A stretch of DNA of 64,000 bases, taken from the human T2T-CHM13v2.0 reference genome, Homo sapiens. The stretch lies in NCBI RefSeq assembly GCF_009914755.1, contig NC_060930.1; one strand, given 5' to 3'. A program made the position numbers and the translations under genes. Positions 1 to 15,598 of the stretch are shown here, one piece after another (positions within the stretch are counted from its first letter, which is position 1; each line of letters begins with the position of its first letter). The notes beneath the pieces are model-generated. The model was not told where the DNA came from. It did not search any database and worked only from the letters and a program-made list of their open reading frames with translations.

Positions 1-261
1 CATTCTAGTGCATTTCTACAGGTTTGTTCCCCAAAGTGGGTTCATGGGTCTGTAAATGTTGGTTGCAGTCAAGTTATGTCAGTAAGCCTGGTTCTCAGGT
101 TCAGTTGCTAAGTCCAGCTCTATTTGGAATAACAATAATATTTTAACCTTTATATTTACTTTTAGATTTTATTTCTCAGTCTATACTGATCTTGATAGGG
201 AAGAGTGGGCTAACACAGGGGACTCATAGATATATATGAAATAGATATTATCAGTGAATAA

Positions 262-676
<415 letters not shown>

Positions 677-3539
677 TATGCCTTGTATCTTTGATAGTGT
701 ATTGAAATTAAGGAGACTAAATCTTTGAATTTAATGATATTACAGTTGTTTCTTAAACTATGTTTCGAATATCTAATTTTCTTTGGCTGTAGTTCAATGA
801 TTTCTTTTTTATTGAAGGCTCTAAATAAGAGTTTTATTATGTTAAATATTGTATATTTAATTATATTTATTACATATAATTTATTCTTTAAATTTGAGCA
901 ATATAGATCATATATTTTGTGCTTAAATAATAGTAGTTAATCGATATATTATTAAATTCGTTTTAGCTATAGAACTCTTAATATGTCTAAATTTATTTTC
1001 TTTGATATCATTTTAATACTCAGCACAAATTGTACTGAGGTAATTGCTATTGCATAAATAGTTGTAGTTAACATCATTTGATTTATAATTTTATAATCCT
1101 GTAATCTAAAAGAAGTATAATTCTTAATTTCATCTGATATGTAACTGAAACATTTTAATTAAAAATAGTAATGCCTATATGTCTTCTAGTCATTCATTTA
1201 CCACCATCAAGCCCCTCATCTGCCCCACAAACATACTTGGAAACAACCAAAATGTAAATTGACTTTTCTTTCAATAGCTAACTCATTATTCCAAAAAATT
1301 ATCAAATTTCCTTACCTACACAAACACACTCCACATTTTATTGGATGTGATTATGCTGTATTAATTCTCTAAATTAATGTAAGAATTCTTCAATCTTTAT
1401 ACTCTTAAAACTTCACATCCAGGATAGTTATTAATTTTTAACCTGTCTCTCACAGTAGTTGTACAAATCTCAGGTGTTAACTTAAATATTTATATACATT
1501 AATAGTCATCTTTATGTTTTTGAGTCAGGGATCCTACAGAGAATCTGATGTTAGCTATGCACAAGAATTCATAATCACTTATCACGGGTCAATAAACTGC
1601 TTAGAGCAGTTGCAAGAACAAGCCAGGTGGAGAATCCCTTCTCTACTGTCAAATATCCACTGGGGCGTAACAAAAATATGAATGCTTCCAGAAAAGCTGG
1701 AGACCAGCAAATAGTAGAAATTGGCATGAAGCACTGAAATTAAAGATTTGATTTAGGAACTATCAAACATGCTTCCATCAGGGCTAATATCAGAGCTTTC
1801 TGGAAACCACACTAAAATTTGAACCCTCCTTCCCCTCCCAGATGTCAAGAATGAGTACTGATGCAAACTTTGGCCATTTCTTTTTCATTACTTCTGCTTT
1901 GCTTGAGTATCTGGATTTGACATTGTATGTTGTTACTAATATTGTCTTATTTTAAAAAGCATGATCCTTTTGTGGTGTCAAAGCTAGGTTCATGCAGTGC
2001 TCTGTTACACTTGGCAATGATGAGCAGGCCTTATTTAAGACTAGCCATGCTCGTAGGATGTTTTGACCTCAAGAATTATTATATGCTTTACTAGAAGCAC
2101 AGAATACAAAGGACTCTGAAATGACCTTCTTAGCCTTTTAATTGCAACTCTTTTTACTTAATGGCAGATAATTGGTTTTGGATTGCCTTACATCATGGAA
2201 ACTTCAAAAACCAGATGATTTTTTTTCTTTTATTCTACTGTTTTGCTCTTTAACATAATAGGATAAGTATTTTTTTCTGTGTTCCATTATCATACATGTG
2301 TATTGCAGGTGTAGTTGGCATTGGAAATTTTGGCGGCTGATAAACTGGCAAAAAAGCTTTTGAATATTAGATGCAGAAATTAGATAGGGCTAAGCTACCC
2401 CATTTAATAAAGTTAACTTCTCTTTTGTCATGTTACTGACAAATGTTGCATATGAACAATAGCTTATATGCACAGTAGAAACCAGGCTCTTTCTCTTGAG
2501 AGTAATTCTACATCTGTGGAAAGGGGAACATTAGAAGTGGGAGTTACTTTAACAAGTGTTGCTATGCCGACTTACCAACAACTGCTGCAAGTTATTTTGC
2601 AAGAAAGACAAGGTGGAATGCACATGTATTCTCAAGAATAAATGTCCATTTATAGCAATTTTTACATTACCAAATATTTATCAGTTAGCTAATATGTACA
2701 AGTCTTGAATAACCTTATTATTCAAGACTTATTATTCAAGGTTATTTGTGGTCATGATTAAACTTATTCAATTCCCAGTCTGTGAATTTAGCTCACTATA
2801 TAAGGTTGTAATGGTAATAAGGTTACTTGTAAGAATTTAGAAGTGCTCATATGTACACATAGCTATATAAGGTTACAGTGTATGTAATCATAAGTATGCA
2901 CATATACATTGTGCAAATCCATGTAGCAAAAATTTGGCTGTGCTAAGAAAAAATTCAAAGGAATATATCCTTCAAGAATAAATTGAAGAGATAAAGAGAT
3001 TTCCATTCTCTGCCTTTTCTGAAGTCCTTTGAATAGTACATTTTTCTGAGAGAGACATTCTTGTCCCCCCACATCATTCCAAGTAGAAGCAGAGAAACCT
3101 TTAACTCTTCATCAGTGAAGTTGCTGAGCCTCAATAAGAGGACAGATTTTACAAGCTTAGAACATGTATTTGATGTCTGTGTAGTGTATGTTTCTGAAGT
3201 TAAGGTGTTTGAGGATACTCTCATAGTTAAATGTGTAGAGTACTGCCCTGTTACATCATTTTCTGTGGTTGTCTTGGACTTCAAATTGCAGGATTTCTTA
3301 GGTTGTGGCACTTTTAACTTGCATAGAAAATAATAGTCTCAAAATGCAGGGGTAGGAATTGGTTCAGGAAGCCATGTGGGAAGATGTCTTAATTTTTTTT
3401 AATTAAAAGGATTGTCATGTAAGAGTAAGCATCTTGTTAATGGATGTTATGAATGAAAGTGATCTTCAAAATGGAAAATTACATAGCCTAGAGTTGACTT
3501 CTGAATTTCAGAGTAATGAATGATGTCTCTAGGGTGTGA

Positions 3540-3720
3540 TGGGGAGCAGTAAATGAAGTCGTTAAGAGAAGAGGTTCTGGAGCTGTACTCCTTGAGTTTG
3601 AATCCTGTTCTACCACCTCCAAGCCTTGTGACTTTTGGCAGTTACTTAATTCTTTTTAAGCCTTGGCTTTATTAACTGTTCACTTGGGTTATTAGTAACT
3701 TCTGCCTCACTGGGATTCCT
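3540..3720 (+). mobile_element. MIR fragment
   Basis: gagtttgaatcctgttctaccac...gtgactttt-ggcagttacttaa resembles the MIR core. Confidence 0.6.
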
Positions 3721-3723
3721 AGC

Positions 3724-4053
3724 ATATTGTAAGAATATATATTATATATATACTATATATTATATTATATAATATATTATATAATATAATTATATAATAT
3801 ATATAATTATATATATAGTATATATAGTATATATAATATTATGTAGTATATATACTATATAATATTATATAGTATATATACTACATAATATTATATAGTA
3901 TATATAGTATATAATATATAGTATATATACTATATAATATTATGTAGTATATATAATATTATATATTATATATACTATATAATATGTAGTATATATAATA
4001 TATAATATATATAATATATACTATATAGTATATATAATATTACATATATATAA
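3724..4053. repeat. AT-rich low-complexity/(TA)n-derived tract containing a 68-bp perfect palindrome
   Basis: Almost pure A/T with recurring tatatagta/tactatata units. Confidence 0.95.
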
Positions 4054-7000
4054 ATGGAGACCTCATTGGAGAGCAAGATTCTAATGATAGTTGTGCCACT
4101 GAGTAACTATGCAGACTTGGACAAGTTGCACCCCATTTTTACCTCTCCTTCTAAATTGTAAAATTAGACAGTCACTATATGCTGTCTCATTCTGTACCAA
4201 TTAAAAATTCCATAATTCTATGAGTATTTTACCAATGAATACCAAATTTTTAAAAAAACTTGGATCATTCTGAAACTTGAGTAATTGAAATGCCTCCCAA
4301 ACTGTTTTATTTTCTGAATGTAAAAAGCAGACCCTTGAGTCAGTCTCATGCCTAGAAGGCTTGCCACTTAGGGTTAGCCTAGAAAACAGTTTTTTGGTGA
4401 AGTTTACCTCTTAAAATGCCCATCGTTTCAGCATTAGCAACTGAACTGGCTAGAAGAGCCTGCTGCTGCAAGGATCTGTGTGCATAGAGGGAATAAAATG
4501 GAGTGGACAGCAAGCAAGGGAGCGGGATTATTGGAGAGATACAGCAAATGGAAAGAGGCAAGTGTAACTGAATGGAAAAAAAAATTCTCCAGAGAGAGTG
4601 GAGAAAATTGTTGAAAGGAAAACATAGGAAACTTTATCTCAGGGATTTATTCCAAGAATTAAATTCCAGAGAAGATGCATTTCCACAATGCTTTCTCAGT
4701 CCATACTTAGGCTGTGCTGCAGTGATGATGATTATTCAAAATAAGAAAATTGTAATATCCTGAAGAATCAAACAAAAGTTAAATGATTTTTATTGTTCCA
4801 TGGAATACAGTATATTCTTTGAAAATGAATTTTAGGAGATAAGATTCCTGCCATTAACTTAAAGATTATGAAAACCCTAATTTCCTGAGCATTCTTATTG
4901 ATACTTTACCGTCTAAATAAGGCGTTAGAAGTTTTCATAGTTAACTGGTTGTTTCAGTTGTATTTTACCCAGATCAAAATTTGTAAGCCACGAGGCTGAC
5001 AGTAGCATTCCAATGCTCTCTTGTGAGCTTTTTAAAACTTTGCTAACCTTATAAGATATTTAAAAAATTACCAAAAGTACGTAACAAAGCCAATCACACA
5101 GTTGAAAAATGACAGAAATCCATTTCATTTGTAATCATCTGGCATAAATCATTACTTCTGTAGGTAGATATGTATTTAGCTACTTAAAGGAGGAAAACTG
5201 ATGGAAAATATTTTATTTTTTTATTTTAAAATATATTTTAGTAAGTAAAATGCTAAGAATATAAATGAAATTTTGACCTCTGATTTACTCATGTTATTAT
5301 TACCTTTGTGTATATTTCAACATGACTTGCAGATATACATGAATGGATTCTTAATATAAAACTGGGTAAAAGTTTTATAAAACTTTTATATATGGTAAAA
5401 ATTTTTTATAAAAGTTTTATAAAACTACTTATATAGGGTATGTAAATATAAGCTTATAAAAATGTATTATCTGCATTCTCTGCAAAATCAGATATGTGCT
5501 TTTGACAAATATATAAAATACATTTCCTGCTTTTCCTGTTTTTTTGTTTAATAATTTTCATGTTACCTAAGTGCCTATGCATTTTTCATATTCATGACAA
5601 ACTTAAATGGTATTTACTTGGTTAGGACAGAGAGAGTACTTGGAAATAGGAAAATAACCTATCTAAAAAATTCAATAACCAAAGATGACAAAGCATTGGT
5701 AAGCAAATAAATAGTAAATTCTACTTTTTACAATAACATGCAGAAAAAAATTACATATATTTTTAATAATAATGAGTAGGGATATCAATATCTTTCACTA
5801 AAGACCTTTACTTACTCTTTTAAAAAAACATGTATTTTTCCTCATGATCTTATTTAGTGAAATTGTTCTAAGAAACATAAAAAGATAAACAGTATTTAGA
5901 GATACATCTTTTATTAAATCTACATTCAGGTTTTTCTTGAGATAAAATATAGTTTTTACAATTATACATTTTAAATTACATATTTTAACATTAGAACAAT
6001 ATATAGGTAATAGTAATAATTACCATTGCAAAAAAGAGCAAGAGTCAAATTGAAAAATAGATTTAATTTCCAAGAATAGTAACATTAAATCATCCATAAT
6101 TTTAGATTAACCAAATCCAAATCAAAAGCCAATTGTGCAGTTCAATCACTTATTTCAACATGGTACAAAAAAGTCAAGTGTGTGAATTATCTGGCAGAAG
6201 AAAAAAATTCAAAAGTGGGCATTCCTCAATTTGTATTCTCCTGGATTGAAACATTAAGACTTAGAAAACTCCGTAGTATCTAATTTGGTATATTTCATTA
6301 GTGCTTGAAGTTCGCAACACTGAATTCCTGTTTCCTAAGCTTATCTAAATGCTAAATGAAATGTATGAAATATCTTTCTGTTGAACAACAGTTACAGTTC
6401 CTACTGGATTTTCTTTTGGTTGGAAGACTGAAAGAGTGCTCAGAGAGAAGTCAGAGAGATCCAGTTCACATGCTAATACATGATTTATTATTCTTGATTT
6501 ATTATTCTGTGAAATGTGAAAAAAAATCCTTCCCTAGATGGTGTCACTGATTGTTTTGTTTCCAAAGTATTAGTGATAAGAAAAATATTATGTGAGCTCA
6601 AAATTGTAAAACAAATACATACTTGAGAAAACAATGTCTAACAATGTGATGTTCAATATAAACAAGCTTTTCTTTATGCTATAATTTTGCAGTGAAAAGA
6701 TTTTTGAAATGCTTTATTAATACAATCTGAGTATTTGACATGAGTTGTAGCACATCACACAGAACTGTTCTAGATCATGTCTACTTTGTTGTAAATGTTC
6801 ATAAGAAAATATCTAGCCTTAAAGATTGTACAACTTGGCATTTCCTTACAAACACATTTTAAAGAAAACAGTGTGGATGAACATTTAAAGGCTTCTGATT
6901 TCTAGGATTTAAGGGAGGGAAATTTCTAAGATCAGGCAATATCATTTTTATAATTATCTGATTAAATGATGTTTTTTCTTAAGAAATCTGATATCAGGTG

Positions 7001-8602
7001 ATACAATAATATGGACTTCTTCCTCCAAAAATTTTTCATAAAATAGCTGGCTTCCTTAAAACTGTAAGGAAAAAGCTTCTGCTTCTATTCTATTTGAGGT
7101 AATAATTGGTAGGTAAGAGTTTATGGAAAGGATTTGCAGAAGAGATACACAGACACAGCTTTTAACATTTCTAATATACTGATATTCAGTATGAGTCTAC
7201 AGTTGTGGCCATCAAGTTGTTTTGTGATAAAGTAGATGACTACAGGGATATTTGAAAAATCTCCTCAGATGTTGGGAATATTAGGAAATAAACTGAGTCT
7301 ACTGCCACTTCAAATACAGAGTACTTCCAAATACTGAGGCTACAACATAGGATGAGAGGAATGGGACATAAGGAGAATTAGGATTCCAACCAGCCCAATA
7401 AAGGTCAGAATTGTGGGTCATTCAATAATTGGACTGTAAAATATTGTTGCCTGTGAAAGTCAAAAGAGATGTGAGGAACATTTATTTTGTATTTTCAAGT
7501 TTTACATGACTAAAACATTTTCTACAGAGTGGTAAAAGAGTAAAGAAATATGTGCTACAGATTCACTGATGAATTAATAACGTTTTTCGATACAAACATG
7601 TAATTGTCTCTAATCTTTCTTTAGTTTTCAATTAGGAAATAGCCTAGGGGAAAAGTATAAGTAACTTGAAAACATATCGTAATATCTTTGGCAGTCATAG
7701 TCAAGGCTGTTCTGCTTATACTTGTTGGCTGATCACTATAAACATTGTCTACATGATGAAAATACTAACCCAAAGTTTGTAAATATAAAATTAAACACTA
7801 TATTAAACCTCTTAGTTTTTTTGTTTAGAAGTTCTTTTCACATCATGATCAACTGTGTTTGAATTCAAAATAGTCTTTCTGGTTTACATGTCAGTGAAAT
7901 ACATGAATTTTTAGTGGGTGTTTCTGACATGCAAAAGGGAAAGGAACAGAATATCATAAATATTAGGTTCCTTCTCCCCCTAACAGCATGTAGTGAATAT
8001 ACCCTGCAAGATGTTTTTATGATTCATGTAATTTTGTGATCAAATAATTCAGTCAACTAAAAATATATTTTTCCAGTGACAGCATGGCTATTTGTCTGAG
8101 GCAAAAGTATAACCAGTTGAAAAGGAAAGTTTTGTTTCCTTTATTACATGGTTAAATTTGACTATTTCAGTAGTCAAACTTTTAACCACTAGCTAGACTT
8201 TAATTTGTGGCAAAATTGGTTTCTAGTAATCCATTAAATTAGTTTGTTGTTATACTTTAGATTTGTGTTAACACAAAGAATGTAAAGTTATTTTAAGGAA
8301 AAAACATTAGTAGATGACTTCGATTTGCGAGTTTGCATTTTTAAGGGTTGTTTGAGGTCCCTTCCTTATGTTCACTTTAGTAATCTCACTTTAGTTCCTG
8401 TGAAGGGAAATCCCTACTGTGTCTTTAGGGATGGGTTAGGATAGTGGGCTGCCTTTAGGAAGGCTAATAAAACCTTCCTGAGACACCTTACTAAAGGTAT
8501 TCCTCACCTCATGAATTGGTCTAAGCATCAGTCTTGGAGGCTCAGAAGCTTGACTTTGAACCCACTGTAAGAGTAGATCCATCTCTTAAAAATAGATTCG
8601 TC

Positions 8603-9420
8603 CATAATGGTCGAACTAATTTACACTCCCACCAACAATGTAAAAGCATTCCTATTTCTCCACATCCTCTCCAGCATATGTTGTTTCCTAACTTTTTAAT
8701 GATTGCCATTCTAACTTGCGTGAGATGTTATCTCACTGTAGTTTTGATCTGCATTCTCTAATGACCAGTCATGATGAGCTTTCTTTCATATGTTTTTTGG
8801 CAACATAAGTGTCTTCTTTTGAGAAGTATCTGTTCATATCCTTTGCCCACTTTTTGATGGAGTTGTTTGTTTTTTTCTTGTAAATTTTTCTGGGTATATA
8901 CCCAAAGGATTATAAATCATTCTACTCTAAAGACACATGCACATGTATGTTTATTGCAGTACTATTCACAATAGCAAAGACTTGGAACCAACCCAAATGC
9001 CCATCAATGATAGAATGGATAAAGGAAACATGGCACATATACACCATGGAATACTATGCAGTCATAAAAAAGAACGAGTTCATGTCCTTTGCAGGGACAT
9101 GAATGAAGCTGGAAACCAGCATTCTCAGGAAACTAACACAGGAACAGAAAACCAAACACCACATGCTCTCACTCGTAAGTGGGACTTGAGCAATGAGAAC
9201 ACATGGACATAGGGAGGGGAACATCACACACTGGGGCCTGTTGGGGGGTGGGGGGCTAGGGGAGGGATACTATTAGGAGAAATACCTAATGTAGATGATG
9301 GGTTGATGGGTGCGGCAAACAACCATGGCACATACATACCTATGTAACAAACCTGTACCTTCTGCACATGTATCCCAGAACTTTATATGTTTTTTTAAAA
9401 AGCCATTTTTTAGTCAAGTA
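8603..9420 (+). mobile_element. 5'-truncated, 5'-inverted L1PA element (8603-~8888 antisense, ~8889-9383 sense)
   Basis: Antisense ORF2-end sequence joined to sense ORF2 end/3'UTR with G-rich tract. Degenerate 15-bp TSD at 8588-8602 / 9421-9435. Confidence 0.88.
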
Positions 9421-11577
9421 AAAAAAAGATTCATCTAAATTAATATAACATATTTGTTTATTTGTTTATATATGTATGGATGTATATATGAATTCTTAGG
9501 GCTAGAGACAGGCACTATAATAGGCTTTGAAGATACAGTAGTAAATAAGTCATTGTCACTGTCCAAGAGGGAACAGATATGTTGAACAAGTGAAAGTTTG
9601 CTTATAGTCAGAGCTGATATTCAGTTGTTTTTAGTTGTCTGCCATCCACGTCAGTATCCATTCTGATTGATCAGAGCCCTAAATATTACCATAGTTTTTA
9701 TATCACTGTATTGGGACTATCTCTCTACTTGGGAAACCAAATTTTAATGTCAATTTGTTGATATATAATGAGAAATATTTCAGAGGAACCGGAAGAGTAG
9801 ATAGTTCACCTATGTAGAAAACCAAACAATGATCTGAGTGTGAATTAGAAGACTGAGATGAATCCAGTGTTTAATCTCATCAAACCAAATGAGGTTTATG
9901 TATCCATCTGATGAGAGTCTTGATCTTCTCAGTGGCACAAGGATTCTGAGTCATTTGCTTGGATTTTTGTAGTTGGCCCAGTACAGTACTTGGGTGGATA
10001 TTACTATTGAGCTCTTCTTAGACTTTTCTTTTACTATACTTGGTGTATGTCTCTACATTCAGTCTGGTAACAGTCAAGTCTTATTCTTCTCAGATTCTGT
10101 TTGTCTAAGATGACTACGTCTTTTTGTCTCAGTGCAAAAGAGTTAACATTTAACACTTTGAAGAACAATCTGATTTCTAAGTTCTTAAGAAATAATTCAT
10201 CATAGCTTCCAAGGACTAACAAGAGTTTCTATTTGAATAAAGTAGCTAAATATTCTTTTGATTTCTATGTTGGTTATTTTTTATATTCTGGACCAAACTA
10301 CCATGTTTTTTCTGGCCAACAGATTTAAAATCTAAACATAAAGGTTTATTTTTCATAAATATGTTTTGAATTTGACCTTCACAGGGAACATTTTAAGTAT
10401 CATAATCAATGAGGTTTCAGGTACCTCTTTACAGAGAGCTACTGTGATTATGTTTTTGTGGTTGGATTTTTCTGAACCCATTAGCTGCATGGTAATGGGG
10501 TGGTGGAATTAAGGTTTTGAGAATCATCATACCGCCCGCTTACCAGAAGTCAATAAAAAACAAACATGAATGATAGGTTTATGTTCTAGGACAGTATATT
10601 TCTAAAATGGTATTTGTTAATCCCTCCAGAGAATACATCAAAGGGAATATGAAACTCCAACTTTGATCAACTGAGCCTTCTTAAAATTAGACTCAGCATC
10701 AAATGTTAAAAGATCAGATGGAAGAGGCAAAATTTAGATATAAGCATGAGATAGGTCATTTATCCAGAGGGAATAATGTGTATATTTGTATTGGTAAAAA
10801 AAAGGAAAACAAAAATTTTGTTTTCTAATTCCCTACATTATTAAAAAGTATCCCTCCTCTGTTCATTCCTGACATCATTTGGAAATATCTGCTGCTTCAG
10901 TGTGAATACAGAGTGGACTTCAGTAACCAACTTCTTCCATGTGCTTCAAAAACATTCATGGATCATGAGCAAAGCAATATTTGAATGTGAGGGGTGGTTT
11001 TTTTTTTTTAGATATTTAGACTTCATAGAAAAGAAGGAACTGGTTTACTGAAATTTATGTTAAATCTTAATGGGAATGTAGGAAATTTCATTTATCAGCA
11101 ATCTACCTTGATTGGTATTCTACAATGAATTAATGAATTTCTATTTGTTTAGGCTTATCTGGAAAGTTCTGCATTCCAAATATGTTAAGAAAACATGGTG
11201 ATCTTTAAATTAGTCATCTTTGGTTTTTTGAATTGATTGGGATTTGACAAAAATGTAATTATTAATTTCTTTCAATACAAACTTTTTTTTCTTGATCTTA
11301 TGGGAATACTAGCACAGTTGGGCCTAAAGAGGGTTCTAAAATGAGGGAAGCTAAACTTTGTTTCAAAGTTACAATGCCATCACATTTTAAAGCATTAATG
11401 CTGAGATATTAAGTAAGTGATCCAATCTAGTTAGGTGGTGAGTGGAACCAGAGCTTACATCTTTTTCTCACTTCAATACTGTTTTCACTGTATCACTGCA
11501 GTTTGAATAGACATTTCTTTATGAGCTTCCTCAGTGCCTCTTGTTTCAATCAAACATAAGACAATGAAATAACCAGA

Positions 11578-12010
11578 TGTTGCAGATAAAGTTCCTGAAA
11601 CACCAGACTCTGAGATAGAGATTAGAATGCAGGGGGTTGGTCAGGGACTAATCTTGGAGCAACACCTCTGTGGAAAGTGAAGGAAGAATGGGGCAGAGGA
11701 AGAAGTTGGCCTGTGGCACAGTCCCAACAGCGGCCTCAGCAGATACTGCAGGCCCCCATGTAGCTGGAATGCCCCACATAGTTGCTTAGACTGGCACAAG
11801 GGGACTGGACCTTATCCCCCACTTTGAGCAATCACTGGATGGAAGCTACCTGGGAAGGAGTCATAACTAGGTGAGGTGTCTCTCTTCAGTCCTCCCGTAG
11901 TCTGAGGGAAACTCAACAGGGTACTGTCACTGGCTGTTAGTCTCACCAGCTGAGAGAATGAGTACAGTGTCGAAGAGGGACCTGGCCAGTGCTCCACAGC
12001 ATCTACTACA
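11578..12010. mobile_element. MLT1-type (ERVL-MaLR) solo LTR
   Basis: TG...CA ends, about 430 bp. Motifs cagactctgagatagagattagaatgcagg and gggcagaggagaagtt resemble MLT1 consensi. Confidence 0.65.
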
Positions 12011-13159
12011 CCATTATTGAATGACTACATGATGTTGGCTATTGCATAAGTCACTCTATGTAGGGTTTCACTAATCCATAGAGTAAACACACACAAAAAA
12101 AGGTGCTGATGTCTTCCCTTTTCTAGGAATAAATCATGATTTAGAGAGGTTGAATAACTTGCCCAAGGTTACATAAAAATGGCAAGTCTGTCTGGCTAAA
12201 AAGCTCATTTTTTTTCATAAAGCTGCTCTTTAGGTAGCATAAATGGTGGAGGGTGGATTTTCTAAACTCTGTGGTTCCTCAAAATCCTTTGATTGTGGAG
12301 AAAATTTAAATATTGTATTCATAAATACTGTTACCACAAGTACTACCAGCACTCGGGATATATTTACCATTGAATGATGATTAAACCAAGTTAGTTAGGA
12401 TCCCTGACTTTGAAAAGCTTACAGACTTGATTGCATAAGCAAGGTAATTTTTAAAAATGATACACAGAAATCTGAGTTTTTTTCATCGATAATGTAACAC
12501 CACCCACTTTGTAAAGTGGTTATAAGAATTTATATGTGGAATGATAATAGCACAAAGTTTGAGACATCTTAGGCACTTGAAAATTTACTTTCTGTGTTTA
12601 TATTCAGTACAAGCATAGAGATATTAGAGAATATTTGCATTTATCATAGTTGGGAAAAAATAATTTTCATTTTGATTTTAATTAGCGGTGTCCTCTTGGG
12701 CAAGTCAGTTGGTATCTCTGGCCCTTGGCTTTTACATTTCAAAAATGAAGTGCACAAGGTGGATGAATTATAAGGTTTATACCAGCAGTAATATTCTACT
12801 AAATGCTGTTGACAATAGAGATCCAGGTGGTTCAAGATGAAACAACTCATAAACTCAGCAACTGGTACATGATGCACCTGTGTGAGGAAGTTTATAGTAC
12901 TCTGCTATGGCTTCTTGTCTTTCCTAAAGAAATCCATTTCCTCTTTAATATTTATAATGTGTGCCTTATGCAAAGTATGTGCTGAATAAATATAAAGTGA
13001 CTAGAGTGAGACAGAGATATTATATGAAATCAGATATAATCTCATCCTCAAGTGGAATTCAGTTTAACTTTTATCATGATCAGTGGGAGGAGGGAGCAAG
13101 CAAATTGATCAGTTCTTCTACCATAGGAAAATTCTTGATTATTAAAAAACAATTATCTC

Positions 13160-14995
<1,836 letters not shown>

Positions 14996-15541
14996 ATCTT
15001 GTAATATTAACATATATATTTGTATAAGTACATATGTTGGATATTGTATGTATTTTGAAATATACATGTCAAGTAGACATGCTGCCTGACCACAGGGAAA
15101 TTGTGTGAACATATATATGCATCCCAAAAGCATATACATTATGTATATGCATGTAATAGTTCTCCCCTTTTTTTTGCTTTTTAAAAAACTTGTCTCTTCT
15201 TATGAATTTGTAGTACTTAAGAAAAAATATCTGACAAGGAAAGCAAGCAAATAAAATTAGATGAAGTGTGCCAAGGAAAGCAATCCTAAATTTCAGAGGG
15301 CATGCCACAAGGTATTCAGATCTCCTCCCTCTCCTTTCTCTCTCTCCACCAAAAACAAACCCAAGCCTTTCCCTATGTGAGATGAAGGAAATCTATAACT
15401 TTGTGTATTGGCATTACACAGTGTCACAGTATGAACTCAAGGTAAGTGGGTCATCTTGGAGATATACACTTGCTGTTTTTTCTTTTCCCTCTACTTCCGT
15501 TTTTATTGGATAATCCCCAAAGAATCAAAGAGGAAACAGAT

Positions 15542-15598
15542 AGCTAAAGGCTCCCACCCAAGCTATGGGCTCCCACCCAAGCTAAAGGCTCCCACCCA
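15542..15598. repeat. Three tandem copies of a 19-mer (agctaaaggctcccaccca)
   Basis: Copies 1 and 3 identical; copy 2 has 2 substitutions. Confidence 0.95.

Noticed and set aside
8534-9212. ORFs within L1 fragments (also 13932-14342)
   Set aside because: Broken L1 ORF2/3'UTR remnants, not intact genes.
9233-9266. G-quadruplex-forming tract
   Set aside because: The standard G-rich tract of L1PA 3'UTRs; not locus-specific.
15542-15598. Repeat array as CRISPR-like
   Set aside because: No spacers, only three adjacent units, eukaryotic intron, no cas genes.
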